Shown one piece after another: positions 63,680-64,000 of a stretch of DNA of 64,000 nt. Below the pieces are notes generated by a model. That model ran no database searches. It saw nothing but the letters and a program-made list of their open reading frames with translations, and was not told the DNA's origin. Origin of the DNA: Octopus bimaculoides (taxonomy: Eukaryota); the NCBI RefSeq assembly GCF_001194135.2, contig NC_068998.1:54617354-54681353 (forward strand), given 5' to 3'. The position numbers were made by a program, and so were the translations under genes. Numbering within the stretch: the stretch's first letter is position 1; every line of letters starts with the position of its first letter.

Positions 63680-64000
63680 TTCATCATCATCATCATCATC
63701 ATCGTTTAACGTCCGCTTTCCATGCTAGCATGGGTTGGACGATTTGACTGAGGACTGGTGAAACCGGATGGCAACACCAGGTTCCAGTCTAATTTGGCAG
63801 AGTTTCTACAGCTGGATGCCCTTCCTAACGCCAACCACTCAGAGAGTGTAGTGGGTGCTTTTACGTGTCACCCGCACGAAAACGGCCACGCTCGAAATGG
63901 TGTCTTTTATGTGCCACCCGCACAAGCCAGTCCAGGGGCACTGGCAACGATCTCGCTCAAAAATCCTACGGGAGCCAGTCAGGCGGTACTGGCAACGGCC
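63680..64000 (-). mobile_element. Young RTE-LINE 3' tail with (GAT)n end, truncated by the window edge
   Basis: (CAT)n then CGTTTAACGTCCGCTTTCCATGCTAGCATGGGTTGGACG and repeated TTTTA(C/T)GTG(C/T)CACC units. Confidence 0.75.

Overview
AT-rich, intron-dominated animal DNA. The microsatellite load and SINE/RTE/MITE repertoire resemble an octopod cephalopod; this is inferred from recall, not searched. The window holds the 5' half of a minus-strand SPEF2 (sperm flagellar protein 2/KPL2/CPC1-like) gene. I assembled 20 coding exons by hand from ATG 53570 to 666, and the gene continues off the left edge. All junctions are GT-AG and phase-compatible except one gap between exons 6 and 7, where a 10-nt microexon candidate lies. 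The exons encode the CH-like N-terminus, coiled coil and adenylate-kinase-like P-loop domain. The promoter has a near-perfect RFX X-box and an NF-Y CCAAT box. A second X-box lies deep in an intron beside a possible alternative first exon. Two type I hammerhead-ribozyme folds were found (38599-38712 and 58580-58623); the second lies just downstream of a Penelope-like GIY-YIG relic. Other content: a hAT MITE with a perfect 8-bp TSD and internal 99-bp duplication, piggyBac and foldback MITEs, mariner, CR1, RTE, RLE-LINE and Gypsy-gag relics, many SINEs and microsatellites, four N gaps, and a CpG-depleted gene body next to a CpG-normal upstream region. Repeat boundaries are approximate.
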